Positions 28,608 through 38,470 of a DNA stretch of 64,000 bases are shown one piece after another (positions within the stretch are counted from its first letter, which is position 1; every line of letters begins with the position of its first letter). The position numbers and the translations under genes are program-made. The stretch lies in the NCBI GenBank assembly GCA_963750165.1, contig CAVVPN010000011.1:1024001-1088000 (forward strand), read 5' to 3'. The notes beneath the pieces were generated by a model that worked only from the letters and a program-made list of their open reading frames with translations, was not told where the DNA came from and did not search any database. The DNA comes from an uncultured Gemmataceae bacterium. GTDB lineage: Bacteria > Planctomycetota > Planctomycetia > Gemmatales > Gemmataceae.

Positions 28608-29945
28608 CTATCCGATCTCCCGCATGATCTCCTGCGCCTTGTTCAAGTCCCGTTCGGCGTAAATCTGCGTCGTCTCCACCCGCGTATGTCCGAGGATCAC
28701 CTTCGCAGCCTCGACGCCGTACTTTGCCCTGATCCACGTCGCCGCCGTGTGCCGCAACTGCAACGGTGACCAGGCCGGCACCTTCGCCGCCTTGCAAGCC
28801 CGGAGGATTGCTTGCCGGTAACTGCGCCGGTCGTAGCGCTCGGCAGGCAGGCGTTTCGGGTTGGCCTTCCGCTTACGGTTCTTCTCGCTGGGGGTGCGTT
28901 TCGTCTTCCGCTGGGCGGCGCGTTTGGCGCGCAGTTCCTCGACGTAGGCTTTCGGGGAGAACAAGTATTCCTCGACGTTGGGGCGCAGGAACGGCTTGAC
29001 GATCTCCTGGGCCTGCGGCCCCAGATGGATGATGCGATCCAGCCCCCGGTGCTTGTTCTTGTGCTTGCGCGGCCTGTACGTCCAGACCGGGCCGCCCATG
29101 TTCAGGTCGATGCCGCGCATGACCATTACCTCACCGGCCCTCATCCCGGTGAGCATCTGCAACCGCACCATCGCCACGACAGGGGTGGGCATCTTCGCTT
29201 GCGCGGCCTCGACCACCTCGACCGCTACAGGTTTCACGCCCTCGCCCTCGGGCGCCTCGGTCCGCCCCTGTTGCAACCCCTGCACCGCGGCCAGGGCGCG
29301 ATGAACGGTTTCGGGGACCATCTCTTCGGCGACAGCCCATCGGAACAGGCGCACGACATGGCCGATCCGTTGGTTGATGACGCCGCGCGACAAGGCTTTC
29401 TCCGAACGGAGCAGTTCGGCGGGCCGCCATTTCTTTTTCCACAAAGCCTCACAGCCCCCCGGGGTTTGGCGGAAGCAGTGTTCCCACACCCACCGTTCCA
29501 ACGGCTTGTCATCGACCAGGAAGCGCACGAGGTAGCGGCGGGAATCGGCCAGCCGTTGCCGCAGAGCCTTCAACTTGAGTGGGGAGAACTCCGCAGCCGG
29601 GAGCATGCCATACGTGGCCCTGAGCGGCCGGAGCGAAATGCGAAGGTTGTTCAGTTCGCTGGTCGGCTCGCCGTCAACGTCGCGGTAGTGCTGCTCGGCG
29701 TGCTTCCAGAACGCCAGCACCACTTCGTTGATCGACAGCGAACAGGCTTCCCGGGCGACCTTGAGTTGGCGGCCGGACGCTTCCCATTCGGCAATCACGC
29801 GGGCGTACTCCGCCCGGCTTTCGGGTGTGCCGTGGCGACCGAGCAGAACGTCGCGCCGCCCGCCCAGGCCGTCCGTGAGCGTGACGACGGCCTGACCTGA
29901 TTGTTTGTGCAGGCGATAAGTAGGGATTTGGGGGGTACGGGACAT
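28608..29945 (-). CDS. Tyrosine recombinase (phage integrase), planctomycete type
   Basis: N-terminal PTYRLHKQSGQAVVTL..LGRHGT arm-binding region; catalytic TGMRAGE, HKNKH, QLRHTAAT, ILGH and TQIYAE. Confidence 0.95.
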   Translation of the reverse strand: MSRTPQIPTYRLHKQSGQAVVTLTDGLGGRRDVLLGRHGTPESRAEYARVIAEWEASGRQLKVAREACSLSINEVVLAFWKHAEQHYRDVDGEPTSELNNLRISLRPLRATYGMLPAAEFSPLKLKALRQRLADSRRYLVRFLVDDKPLERWVWEHCFRQTPGGCEALWKKKWRPAELLRSEKALSRGVINQRIGHVVRLFRWAVAEEMVPETVHRALAAVQGLQQGRTEAPEGEGVKPVAVEVVEAAQAKMPTPVVAMVRLQMLTGMRAGEVMVMRGIDLNMGGPVWTYRPRKHKNKHRGLDRIIHLGPQAQEIVKPFLRPNVEEYLFSPKAYVEELRAKRAAQRKTKRTPSEKNRKRKANPKRLPAERYDRRSYRQAILRACKAAKVPAWSPLQLRHTAATWIRAKYGVEAAKVILGHTRVETTQIYAERDLNKAQEIMREIG

Positions 29946-30052
29946 GCGGTAGACCCTTCTGCGGAAGACTTCCGCACAAGTAAGGGTTTCTGGCCGCACT
30001 CCCGACCGTCGAGAGGTACGCTTAACTAGCGTCAGGCTATCGGTTTGCGTTC

Positions 30053-30098
30053 AGAGCGGGCGATGGGATTCGAACCCACGACGTCCAGCTTGGGAAAC
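30053..30098 (-). repeat. att site: 3' half of tRNA-Gly(CCC), copy 2 (not an intact tRNA)
   Basis: 46-bp exact match to 8810-8855; 5' half of the tRNA absent. Confidence 0.9.
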
Positions 30099-30230
30099 GT
30101 GAAATACCGTCAGTCCGAAAGCCTACCGAAGCCTTACACACCAATAGTTTACGACAAACCAGGGTGGTTTGCAAGGTCGTGCGTGGCCATGCGAAAAGCT
30201 GCGAGAAACCACGGTATTCCAGCATGTGCG

Positions 30231-30259
30231 CCGGTAGTAACCCGGTAGAAATCCGGTAG
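30231..30259. promoter_or_regulatory. Putative arm-type sites of a neighbouring island (CCGGTAG x3, 11-bp period)
   Basis: CCGGTAG-TAAC-CCGGTAG-AAAT-CCGGTAG, at about the same distance from the att as the TGCGGAAG triplet at 8993-9022. Confidence 0.55.
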
Positions 30260-30490
30260 GCGTTTCTTCCCATCGGGAACAACCTCAACCCCTTCGATTA
30301 AGTCTCATTGCACAGCAAAGCAAACACGGGCGCAGGAACGCCGCCGCCTTGCCGTGAACGCCCGGGCGCCGCTCGCGCGCGGACCATCGGCGTTCAGCAC
30401 GCCGATGCTGGCGCCGTCGATTCATTCAGCCACGGCGCCGGGGTCACCTATGGTACGGGCACCAAACCGGGAGGCATGGCCCCTGTTCGA

Positions 30491-31813
30491 TCACGCGACG
30501 GTGTGCGTTTTCAGATCGAGAACGAACGAGTCAGCCGGGGAAGAGGGGGCCGTTCGGGGCGAACTTTTCTGCGTGAAAAACTCCCCCGTCAGGCTGCGCT
30601 TGCCTGCGTCCAGGGTTATCCTCACGAACCCGAAGTCCTGATCGTTGAAAGCGGCCAACTCGACCCGATCTCCCGGGGGGAGACTCAACCCGGGGGGGAA
30701 GACCACTTCCGGATGACTCGCGAGCGGCCCGGCATCCTGCCCTTTCTCACACGGCCTGGCCAGTCTCTCCACGGGCGCGTGGCCGCCGCAGCCGACCACC
30801 AGGAACGGGATTTGTCGGCCGTCGCCGCAGGTGTAGGTCAGCCGCTGGTAGAGGTGCGCGTGGGCAGAGAGGACGCCATCGGGGTACTGCCCCGCCTCGC
30901 GAAACGCCCGCTGCAGCAGCATTCCCAGCGGCTCCAGTCGCTTCTGTTCCGGTCGGGGGGTGGGGCCGAGGTTCGGGTCGCCGCGCTGCAAGAAGTTGAC
31001 CGCCGCGGAGTACGGCGGGTAATGCACGACCAGGAACACCGCCTTGCCGTCGCCGGCCGCCTTGATGTCCTTGAGCGTCTGCACCAACCAGTCATACTGC
31101 GGCTGGGCGCCGCCCGCGGGGTCGTCGAGCTGACCGGCGTTGTTGACGTTCGAGTAGAGACCGACGAAGTAGGCCAGCGGCGTGTCGAGCAGCCAGTACG
31201 GATACGGCTGGGTCATCGGCCGGCGCGCGGACGACTGGTTGTCCGGCGGGTCGCCGTCCTCCAGGCCGCAGAAGTTCTTCAGGAAGTGGCGAATGGCCGA
31301 TTTGCGCGTCGGGCCGTCGGGCTCCTTGTCCTTGCCGTCGTGGTTCCCGGCGACGGCAAAGACCGGCGGCGCATAGGCGGCGTACGGGCCGTAAAACTGG
31401 GCGTCGTACAGAAGGCCGAAGTCCTGGTGCTTGTCGGGGGGCGGCGACGGCGACTGTTCCCCGGCCGTGTCCTTATCCCGCTTGTAAACGACATCGCCGA
31501 GGTGGTAGAGGAACGAAGGGGCGACCGCGACGGGACTGCCGCCGAGCCGGTGCGGGTGCCGGACCTGCTCGGCCATCAGCGCGGCCACCTGGGTCGTCGC
31601 CTGCTGGTCGGCGTGACAACCCGTGCAGCCGACCGTGTGAAAGCTCATCACCCCCCGATCTTTGATGGCCTGGGACGCCTGCTGATCAACTTCCTTGAGC
31701 TTGAGCCGCAGAGACCTGGGAGGGGGCAGCGGGACCTCCGTCCATTCGCCGAGTTCCACGCACGCCGGCAAATTCCCCTGGCTTGACGGTGCGCTGGTCG
31801 ATGAGGTGGCCAT
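30491..31813 (-). CDS. Calcineurin-like metallophosphoesterase
   Basis: HLGDVVY, AGNHDG, VVHYPPY, SAHAHLYQR; the first motif reads HTVGCTG. Confidence 0.85.
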   Translation of the reverse strand: MATSSTSAPSSQGNLPACVELGEWTEVPLPPPRSLRLKLKEVDQQASQAIKDRGVMSFHTVGCTGCHADQQATTQVAALMAEQVRHPHRLGGSPVAVAPSFLYHLGDVVYKRDKDTAGEQSPSPPPDKHQDFGLLYDAQFYGPYAAYAPPVFAVAGNHDGKDKEPDGPTRKSAIRHFLKNFCGLEDGDPPDNQSSARRPMTQPYPYWLLDTPLAYFVGLYSNVNNAGQLDDPAGGAQPQYDWLVQTLKDIKAAGDGKAVFLVVHYPPYSAAVNFLQRGDPNLGPTPRPEQKRLEPLGMLLQRAFREAGQYPDGVLSAHAHLYQRLTYTCGDGRQIPFLVVGCGGHAPVERLARPCEKGQDAGPLASHPEVVFPPGLSLPPGDRVELAAFNDQDFGFVRITLDAGKRSLTGEFFTQKSSPRTAPSSPADSFVLDLKTHTVA

Positions 31814-32021
31814 GATGGTTCGTCTCCCGGGTTCACGGACTTGCGGTGGCCGCGGTGACGCGAGTGTTAAGCGTATGCCGCTTCCGTCCATCGACCAGAT
31901 CCGGCACGGTGACGGTAACGAGCGCTTCGGTCTCGGGGTCGAGCAGGTGGAATGCGCGTAGGTAAGGGCTTTGGGTCGCGTACCGCCTTGTCCCTCCGCT
32001 CAGTCGGTTCCGGGCCTGGCA

Positions 32022-32056
32022 ATCTGAGGCACCTCCCGTCGAGAGGTGCCTCAGAT
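32022..32056. other. 14-bp perfect stem-loop
   Basis: ATCTGAGGCACCTC-N7-GAGGTGCCTCAGAT. Confidence 0.5.
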
Positions 32057-32166
32057 CTTGAGCGTGCCATCGACATCCAGGGCAGCGCGGACCACATCGG
32101 TCTGGCCACCGGAGATCAACTTGGCGAGCAAAGCGTCACCCCCTGCCTGTCGTTCTTTCCCGCCCG

Positions 32167-32329
32167 CGGTGTGTCGGACCTCTGCGCGCTGGCGAACTCG
32201 GCTTCGCAGCACAGGTCGATCAGCCCGAAGCGCGCAACGCCAAGAGCCAAATTGCAGTCGGTGTGTCGGACCGCCGCGCGCTGGGCACTTCGGCTTGCGC
32301 GGATGTGGATGTGACCGGAGCGGGTAACC
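32167..32329. repeat. Two tandem ~92-bp units of a dispersed intergenic repeat
   Basis: CGGTGTGTCGGACC..GCGCGCTGG at 32167 and 32259. Related sequence flanks the IS4 elements. Confidence 0.6.
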
Positions 32330-32466
32330 TGGACTACTGGAATTGTTGGGCACGCCAGACCAATAACGATACCACGCGCGGCACGGCACATCGTAGTCGC
32401 TGACCCCGGCATTGTCGCCCAGCCGGTGCTTCGCCTTTGCCTGGGTGGGTGGGCCATTATGCCGCG

Positions 32467-32570
32467 TCACTTCCCCAGGTCGAGCACGACGCGGCCAGCG
32501 CCGGTGATGAAGGTCGCGTCCGGGCCGAGCAGGAAGGCGACAACGGCGGCGATATCCTCGGGTGTGCCCA
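32467..32570 (-). pseudogene. C-terminal fragment of an SDR oxidoreductase
   Basis: GTPEDIAAVVAFLLGPDATFITG... Confidence 0.6.
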
Positions 32571-32860
32571 ACCACGAGGCGACGACCCCCATCACCCTGA
32601 CGATGCTGAGCAAGACCGACCAGGAGGGCACCCCGCCGAGCTACGTCTTGACGCCAGCGTCCGCGCACGGCACGCCGACCGGCAGCAACGACGGCGTCGT
32701 GCCGATCACCGTTCTGTTCCCGCCGGAGCTGGCGACGGATGCCGGTCTACTGCCCGTCCGCGGCCAACCGCTCCGAGCCGGCGGCACGCTCACGCAGGAG
32801 CTGATCGATAGCAATGAAGTTGTCTACCTCCACGACGGCAGCGACCGGCTCAGCGATCTG
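32571..32860 (+). pseudogene. Fragment of a cadherin-like/CSPG-repeat protein
   Basis: TLTQELIDSNEVVYLHDGSD resembles the FTQxDIxxGxVxYxHDGS repeat; no credible start. Confidence 0.45.
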
Positions 32861-33097
32861 CCAGCGCCGCAACCGCCGCAGGAATCGGGCGACGTACTTC
32901 ACCCTCTTGTCGAAACGTGGCGCTGTCGGACCGCGTAGTCCCGGGGTTTGGCCAGGGGCCAACGGCTGAAAGGGAGGCCGACCACGGCGGGCGCTTGATC
33001 GGCGGACGGAAACCCCTCGTTGCCGCATCGCTCTGGGAGCACGGCGGCGCCAGCGCGAAACGATGCGGCAACGAGGGACCCTCGTCCTCACCCCCGC

Positions 33098-36000
33098 TCA
33101 GGGTGTGGTGGGGTGGCTGAAAAACTCACTGCCGCTCTCGAACAGGTCTTCCACCCGAGCCAGGTCGAACGGCGAGGTCACCCACGTGGACACCTCGACG
33201 GTGCTCCCCTGCCGGTCGAGGTAGCGGAAGTAATCCGTTTGCACTTGCTGGGTACGGTACTCATCGCTGCCCAGGAACAGTTGAGCCGCCTGGGTCCGCG
33301 TCATCCCCGGCAGCGCCAGCAGCCACGCCTGCTCCTCCACCGTGGATGCCGTGCGGTCCAGCAGGTCGTGGTACAACAAGTCGATGTAGGCCTGGTCAGA
33401 GGCGCCGCTGCCCTGGCTGGCAAACTCCGGCGTGGCCAGGAACTGGGCCAGCACCTCCTCGCGCGCCTGGCCGTCCTGGAGCATCTTCACCCAGCCGAGC
33501 TCTTCCCCTCCGACGGCCTGCCGGTTCAGGTACTGGCGGTACCACTGGGCGACTTGGCGGTCCAGGGCTTCCGGCGAGTGGTTGATGGCGACCGCCACCG
33601 CCTCCCGGCCCTGCTGCTGGAGCGGGCCGGTCCACAGGGCCACTTCCGTCGCCGACGGATTGCGATTCAGGGCCTGGTCGTACAGGGCGCTGATGAACAC
33701 CGCGGCCGGCGTGGGAGCGGACTGCTGGGCGGACGTCGGGGCGAGCGTGGCACTCGTCCCCGTCCCGCCGGCGCCTGCCCCCGTGTCATCGGTTCCGGTT
33801 CCGGACACCGTGGACGTGGCCGCCGTCGCGGTGGTGGCGAGGGAAGCAGTGGCCAGCGCCACCGGGCTGGCGGTCGCACTTCCGGAGCCGCCGCCCGACC
33901 CGGTGGACGTGGCTCCCCCCCCGGAGGTCTCGCTCGGATCGGTGGATGGGTCCCCTCCCCCGGAGCCGCCGCCCGAATCGGGCGGGTCATCCCCGTTGTC
34001 GGTGGGAGCGTCCTTCCCGCCCGAATCGGGCGGGCTACCCCCGTTGTCGGACGGCTTGTCCGAACCGGGCGGGCTACCCCCGTTGTCGGTCGGCTTGTCC
34101 GAACCGGGCGGACTTGCCGGCGCGGAGACACCGCTGTCGGACGGGGAGGCCGTGGCGGTGGGGTCGTTGCCCGAGTCCGACGAGGCCGGGGTGGCGGGCG
34201 CCGCCGCCTGGGCCGGGGTGGTGGGGGTGGTGGTGTAATAGTACGTCTTGATCGGGGGAGCGTACGAGCTGACGAGCTGGAAGGTGGCGGTGAGGCCGGC
34301 GGCCGTCGCCGTCACCGTGATCGATCCCTGGTTGCCGGTGCTCGTGAGGGTCGAGGCGGTGGCCAGGCCGGTGGCGTCCGTGGTGACCGGCTGGACGGCG
34401 GCGAAGGTGGCACTGACCGAGCCTGCCGTGACGGCGAACTGGACCGCCACCCCGGGGACGCCGTTCCCATGGGCATCCACCACGCGCACCGACAGGGGGG
34501 CGAACGAGGCGTAGGCGGGGATGGTCTGCCCGGTGCCGCTGACCACCTTCATGCCCGCCGGGCTGCCGGGCAGGGTGGTCTCCTGGAAGTTGACCACGTC
34601 GGTCCCGGCCGCGGTGGCGCTGACGGTGAAGGTGCCGGCGGCCGGACCGGCCAGGACGGGCGGCGCGGTGGCCACGCCGAACTGGTCCGTGGCCACCTCT
34701 GGGAAGGCGGAGAGCGTGCCGGCCGAGTTGCTCACCTGGAAGGTGACGTCTACCCCGGAGACGGGGTTGCCGTACTGGTCGATGACCTGCACTTGCAACG
34801 GCAGGCCGAGGTCGGAACCGGCCGTGGCCGACTGGCCGTTGCCCTCCGCGAAGCGCTTCAGGGCGACCGTAGACCCCGGCACAATCGTCAAGGGGAACGC
34901 TGTCGAGCCGGTCTGACCGGCGGTAGCGGTGAGCGTGTAACTGCCCGCCGCGGTGCCGGCCGTGAAGGTCGGCGCGGTGGCCACGCCCAGGCCGTTGGTC
35001 TGCACGTCCACGCTGCCGTCGGCGTTGGGGGTCGCGAAGGCCCCGCCGGGCGACTGGGCGAAGTGAACGGTGGCCCCGGGGATGGGGTTGCCGTAGACGT
35101 CGGTGACGCGGACCTGCAACGGGCTGCCGAGGGCGGCACCCACGGCCACGCTCTGGGGCGCGCCGGGGACCGCCTCGACCAGGGCCGCGGCCGCGGGAGC
35201 GACCTGGATGGGCACCGACAACACCTGCGGCGTCCCGCTGGCGGGGTAATCGGTGACGGTGAGGACCTGGGTGCCGGCGGTGAACAGCGTCACCGAGAAC
35301 TTGTTCTGCTGGGTCGTCAGCGCGGTCACCGCCGGCAGGGTGGCCTGCCCGTTGACGGTGAAGGCCAACCGATCCGGGTTGCTGGGGTTCAGCGAACTGG
35401 AGTTCGCGAAGTTGACGGTCACGGTCCCCACGGCTCCGGCGGTCAGGGTCGCGGGCGCCGTGACGAGCCACTGAGGATTGGAGGTCGTCGCGGGCGCGGG
35501 GGCGGTGCTGATCGGGGCATCCACGGGGGTGTCGACGCCGCTCGCACCCGGGGAAGGTGCGGAGGTGGGTGTCTCCCCCTGGACCGGGGTGGAGGCGGTG
35601 GGGTCAGCCACGGCGATCGGCCCGCCGGCGGTGGCTGCCCCGGTGTCCGTCGAGGAGGTAGCGGTGAGGCTCGTACTTGCCGGGGTGTAGCCGGTGAGCG
35701 GATTCCCGAGAGCAATGCTCGTCAAGGAAAAGGAAGTGGTGAAGCCGGCGCCTGTCGCCGTCACCGCGAACGAACCCGGGGTGCCCTGGGCCGTCAGCGG
35801 CGGGGCGACGGCCAGGCCGTTGGCGTCGGTGATGACTGGCTGGGTGCTGGCGAAGGTGCTGCCGGTCTGGCTCCCGTTGACCGTGAACTGCACAGCGACG
35901 CCGGGGACGCCATTCCCGTAAGCGTCCACCACCTGGGCCACCAGCGGCGCGGCGAACTTGGAGCCGACCGCGGCGGACTGCCCCAAGCCCTGAACCGCGG

Positions 36001-38215
36001 TCAGGCCGGCGGGGCTGCCGGGCCGGATGGTTTCCTGGAACGTGGCCGAGGTGGCGCCGGTCATGAGGGCGTTGATGGTGAACGAACCGGCGATGTGGTC
36101 GGTGGTGAAGGCCGGCGCCGTGGCCACGCCGAGCTGGTCGGTGAGGACCTGGGGGAAGCTGACGAAGTTGCCGCCCGGGCCGGTGCCCGCCGCGCCGAAG
36201 GTGACGACCTGGCCGGCGACCGGGTTGCCGTACTGGTCCGTGGCCTTGGCCTGGACGGCGGTGCCCAGGGGGGCGCCGTTGTCCACCACCTGGTTGTTGC
36301 CCCCGAGGACCGTCAGGCGGGAGGCGGCCAGCGGTAGGTTCGTCATCGGGAACGTGGCATAACCCGTCTGGGCGACGGTGGCGGCGATGGTGTAACTGCC
36401 CGCGGTCTGGTCGGCGGTGAACGCCGGCGAGACCGCCACGCCCAGGGCGTTGGTCACCTCGTCAACGCTGCCGTCCGCGCCGGCGTGGACGAAGGTGCCG
36501 CTGGCGCCGGAGGCCGGGACGGTGAAGTGGACGGTGGCCCCGGAGATGGCGTTGCCGTACACGTCCGTGACCTGGACTTCCAGTGGCGCCCCGAGACTGC
36601 CGGCCACGGCCACGTTCTGGGGCGCGCCGGGGACCGCTTTGACCAGGTCGGGAAGCCCGGGGTTGACCTGGACCGGCACCGTCAGCGCGCGGCTCGTACC
36701 GTTGGTGGCGTAAACAGTGAAGGTGATGACCTGGGCGCCGGCGCTGTACAGCGTCACCCCCACCGAGGTCGTCTGGCTCGTCAACGAGGTCATCGGCGGC
36801 AGGACGGCCTGCCCGGTGGCCGTGACGACCAACCGATCCGCCTGGCCGCTGGTCGAGGCGCTGTCGTGGACGGTGAAGCTCGCCTGCGTCCCGGCGGTCA
36901 GGACCGAAGGCCCCAGGACATCCTGGAAGCCCGGGGTGGGAGTGGTGTTCGTCGTGGTGGCAGGCGGCGTGATAAACGCCCAATCGACCAGGGTGCTGCC
37001 GGGGGAGCTGGCCGAGGCCGGAGTGTCGGGGGCGGAGTCACTGGGCGTGGGCGTGGAGTCACTGTCCGAAGGGGCCGGCGTGGCCGACGGGTCGCTGACG
37101 CCGGAGGCTGTGTCCGACGTGACCGGGGTTTGCACGGTTACCGGGGTGGCGCTGCCATCCGAGGTCGCCGGGAGGCTGGGTCCTGACAGGTTCGTCAACT
37201 GGAACTGGGCGGCGTCGCTCCCGTTGACACTGGCGAGCACCGTGTAACTGCCCGCGAGGGAATCCGCCGAGAACGGTGGCGTGGTCGCCAGACCCAGGCC
37301 GTCGGTCACGACGTCAATACCGCCGTCCAAACCGGCGTTGCTGAAGGTCACGCCGGGGTAGTATCTGGCCTGCAGGGCGGGAATGGGGAACTGGTCGGGC
37401 ATCAAACCGGCGAAATGGACCGTGGCGCCGGGGACCGCGTTCCCGTAGGCGTCGCTGACGCGCACCTGTAACCGCGAATGGAAGACGTTGTTCACCTCCG
37501 CGCTCTGCCCGTTCCCGGCCAGGGCGGTGACGAACTCCGCGGCGCCGGGTTGGACCGCGACCGGCACCGTGATCGTGGTCGGGGGGAGGGTGGTGAAGCG
37601 GCCCTCGACCTGGGGGTACTCGGTGATCGTGAGCGTCTGGAGGCCGGCGGTGTACAGCGTCACCGGCACGTCCGTTTCCACGCTCGTCATCGAGACCACG
37701 GCGGGCAGGGAAGCCTGACCGGAGGAGGAGAGGGTGAGGATTCCCCAGTTGCCCAGGGGGTTGCTGTTCGCGTCGTGGGCAATGATGTCGAGTGTGGCCG
37801 GCACCCCGGCGGTCACCGGCGAGACCAGCTGGACCGACAGGAAGGGGTTCACAACCGGCGCACTGGGTTGCGAGGAGGTGACCGCGGTGGACGGTTGCGG
37901 GCCGTTGGTCGAAGGCGTCGGCGATTGCGGGTTGGTGACGACGTCGCTCGTGGTGCCGGCGGTGCCGGAGACGCCGAGCGCCCCGGTGGCGCCGGCGCTG
38001 GTGTCCGTGGTCGCGGGGGTGGGGCTTACGAACCCCTGGTCCGGCGGGGGCACGGTGACCACCGGGGGGAGCGTACTACCGCTGCCGTCGGGCACCAGGC
38101 GGGTTTCCAGGAACTCGATTTCCAGGCGGGAACGGGGGCGGCGCGGACTCACCTTCCGGGCGGTGACCTGTCGGGAAACGGGTGCAGCTGCGCGGCGCAG
38201 CCAGGACTCGAACAT
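33098..38215 (-). CDS. 1705-aa surface protein: LEPRxLL-type motif, invasin/Big-1-like Ig repeats, S/T/P linkers, C-terminal DUF4214-like domain
   Basis: IEFLETRLVP; repeated LQVRV.D.YGN.VPG..V.F / TD..G.A; C-terminal FISALYDQALNR..., YRQYLNR and LATPEF. Confidence 0.9.
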   Translation of the reverse strand: MFESWLRRAAAPVSRQVTARKVSPRRPRSRLEIEFLETRLVPDGSGSTLPPVVTVPPPDQGFVSPTPATTDTSAGATGALGVSGTAGTTSDVVTNPQSPTPSTNGPQPSTAVTSSQPSAPVVNPFLSVQLVSPVTAGVPATLDIIAHDANSNPLGNWGILTLSSSGQASLPAVVSMTSVETDVPVTLYTAGLQTLTITEYPQVEGRFTTLPPTTITVPVAVQPGAAEFVTALAGNGQSAEVNNVFHSRLQVRVSDAYGNAVPGATVHFAGLMPDQFPIPALQARYYPGVTFSNAGLDGGIDVVTDGLGLATTPPFSADSLAGSYTVLASVNGSDAAQFQLTNLSGPSLPATSDGSATPVTVQTPVTSDTASGVSDPSATPAPSDSDSTPTPSDSAPDTPASASSPGSTLVDWAFITPPATTTNTTPTPGFQDVLGPSVLTAGTQASFTVHDSASTSGQADRLVVTATGQAVLPPMTSLTSQTTSVGVTLYSAGAQVITFTVYATNGTSRALTVPVQVNPGLPDLVKAVPGAPQNVAVAGSLGAPLEVQVTDVYGNAISGATVHFTVPASGASGTFVHAGADGSVDEVTNALGVAVSPAFTADQTAGSYTIAATVAQTGYATFPMTNLPLAASRLTVLGGNNQVVDNGAPLGTAVQAKATDQYGNPVAGQVVTFGAAGTGPGGNFVSFPQVLTDQLGVATAPAFTTDHIAGSFTINALMTGATSATFQETIRPGSPAGLTAVQGLGQSAAVGSKFAAPLVAQVVDAYGNGVPGVAVQFTVNGSQTGSTFASTQPVITDANGLAVAPPLTAQGTPGSFAVTATGAGFTTSFSLTSIALGNPLTGYTPASTSLTATSSTDTGAATAGGPIAVADPTASTPVQGETPTSAPSPGASGVDTPVDAPISTAPAPATTSNPQWLVTAPATLTAGAVGTVTVNFANSSSLNPSNPDRLAFTVNGQATLPAVTALTTQQNKFSVTLFTAGTQVLTVTDYPASGTPQVLSVPIQVAPAAAALVEAVPGAPQSVAVGAALGSPLQVRVTDVYGNPIPGATVHFAQSPGGAFATPNADGSVDVQTNGLGVATAPTFTAGTAAGSYTLTATAGQTGSTAFPLTIVPGSTVALKRFAEGNGQSATAGSDLGLPLQVQVIDQYGNPVSGVDVTFQVSNSAGTLSAFPEVATDQFGVATAPPVLAGPAAGTFTVSATAAGTDVVNFQETTLPGSPAGMKVVSGTGQTIPAYASFAPLSVRVVDAHGNGVPGVAVQFAVTAGSVSATFAAVQPVTTDATGLATASTLTSTGNQGSITVTATAAGLTATFQLVSSYAPPIKTYYYTTTPTTPAQAAAPATPASSDSGNDPTATASPSDSGVSAPASPPGSDKPTDNGGSPPGSDKPSDNGGSPPDSGGKDAPTDNGDDPPDSGGGSGGGDPSTDPSETSGGGATSTGSGGGSGSATASPVALATASLATTATAATSTVSGTGTDDTGAGAGGTGTSATLAPTSAQQSAPTPAAVFISALYDQALNRNPSATEVALWTGPLQQQGREAVAVAINHSPEALDRQVAQWYRQYLNRQAVGGEELGWVKMLQDGQAREEVLAQFLATPEFASQGSGASDQAYIDLLYHDLLDRTASTVEEQAWLLALPGMTRTQAAQLFLGSDEYRTQQVQTDYFRYLDRQGSTVEVSTWVTSPFDLARVEDLFESGSEFFSHPTTP
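33972..34112 (-). repeat. Coding tandem repeats (39-48 bp; PPGSDKP(T/S)DNGGS)
   Basis: In-frame repeats in the low-complexity linker of the 1705-aa protein. Confidence 0.7.
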
Positions 38216-38470
38216 GGTGGACTCCTTGGAACAAGGTGGTGGAGGTCTGCGGCTCCCGATTGGTTTTGCCGAGCCGCGTTAATTCTGGTACTGGAGCTGA
38301 TCGAGAAACATACCGGCGCGCGCCGAATTTTTTCTGGCCGGCCGGAAGGGAGTGGGTCGGTTGGGGGGAGGGGCGCGGGGCCCACGGCGCCGGCTGCCGT
38401 AACGAGTTCTTGCACCGGCGCCCGCCGTTGCTCAGAATGGGGTAGGTTTTGAGGCCGCCGGGGGTATCCC

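Larger units (their letters stand above)
8810..30098 (-). mobile_element. ~21 kb tRNA-Gly-integrated satellite/prophage-like element bounded by 46-bp direct repeats
   Basis: Identical att repeats at both ends; integrase next to the right att; DUF1580, primase and terminase genes inside. Confidence 0.85.

Noticed and set aside
33972..34112. CRISPR-like repeats
   Set aside because: Repeats are in-frame coding units with no unique spacers.
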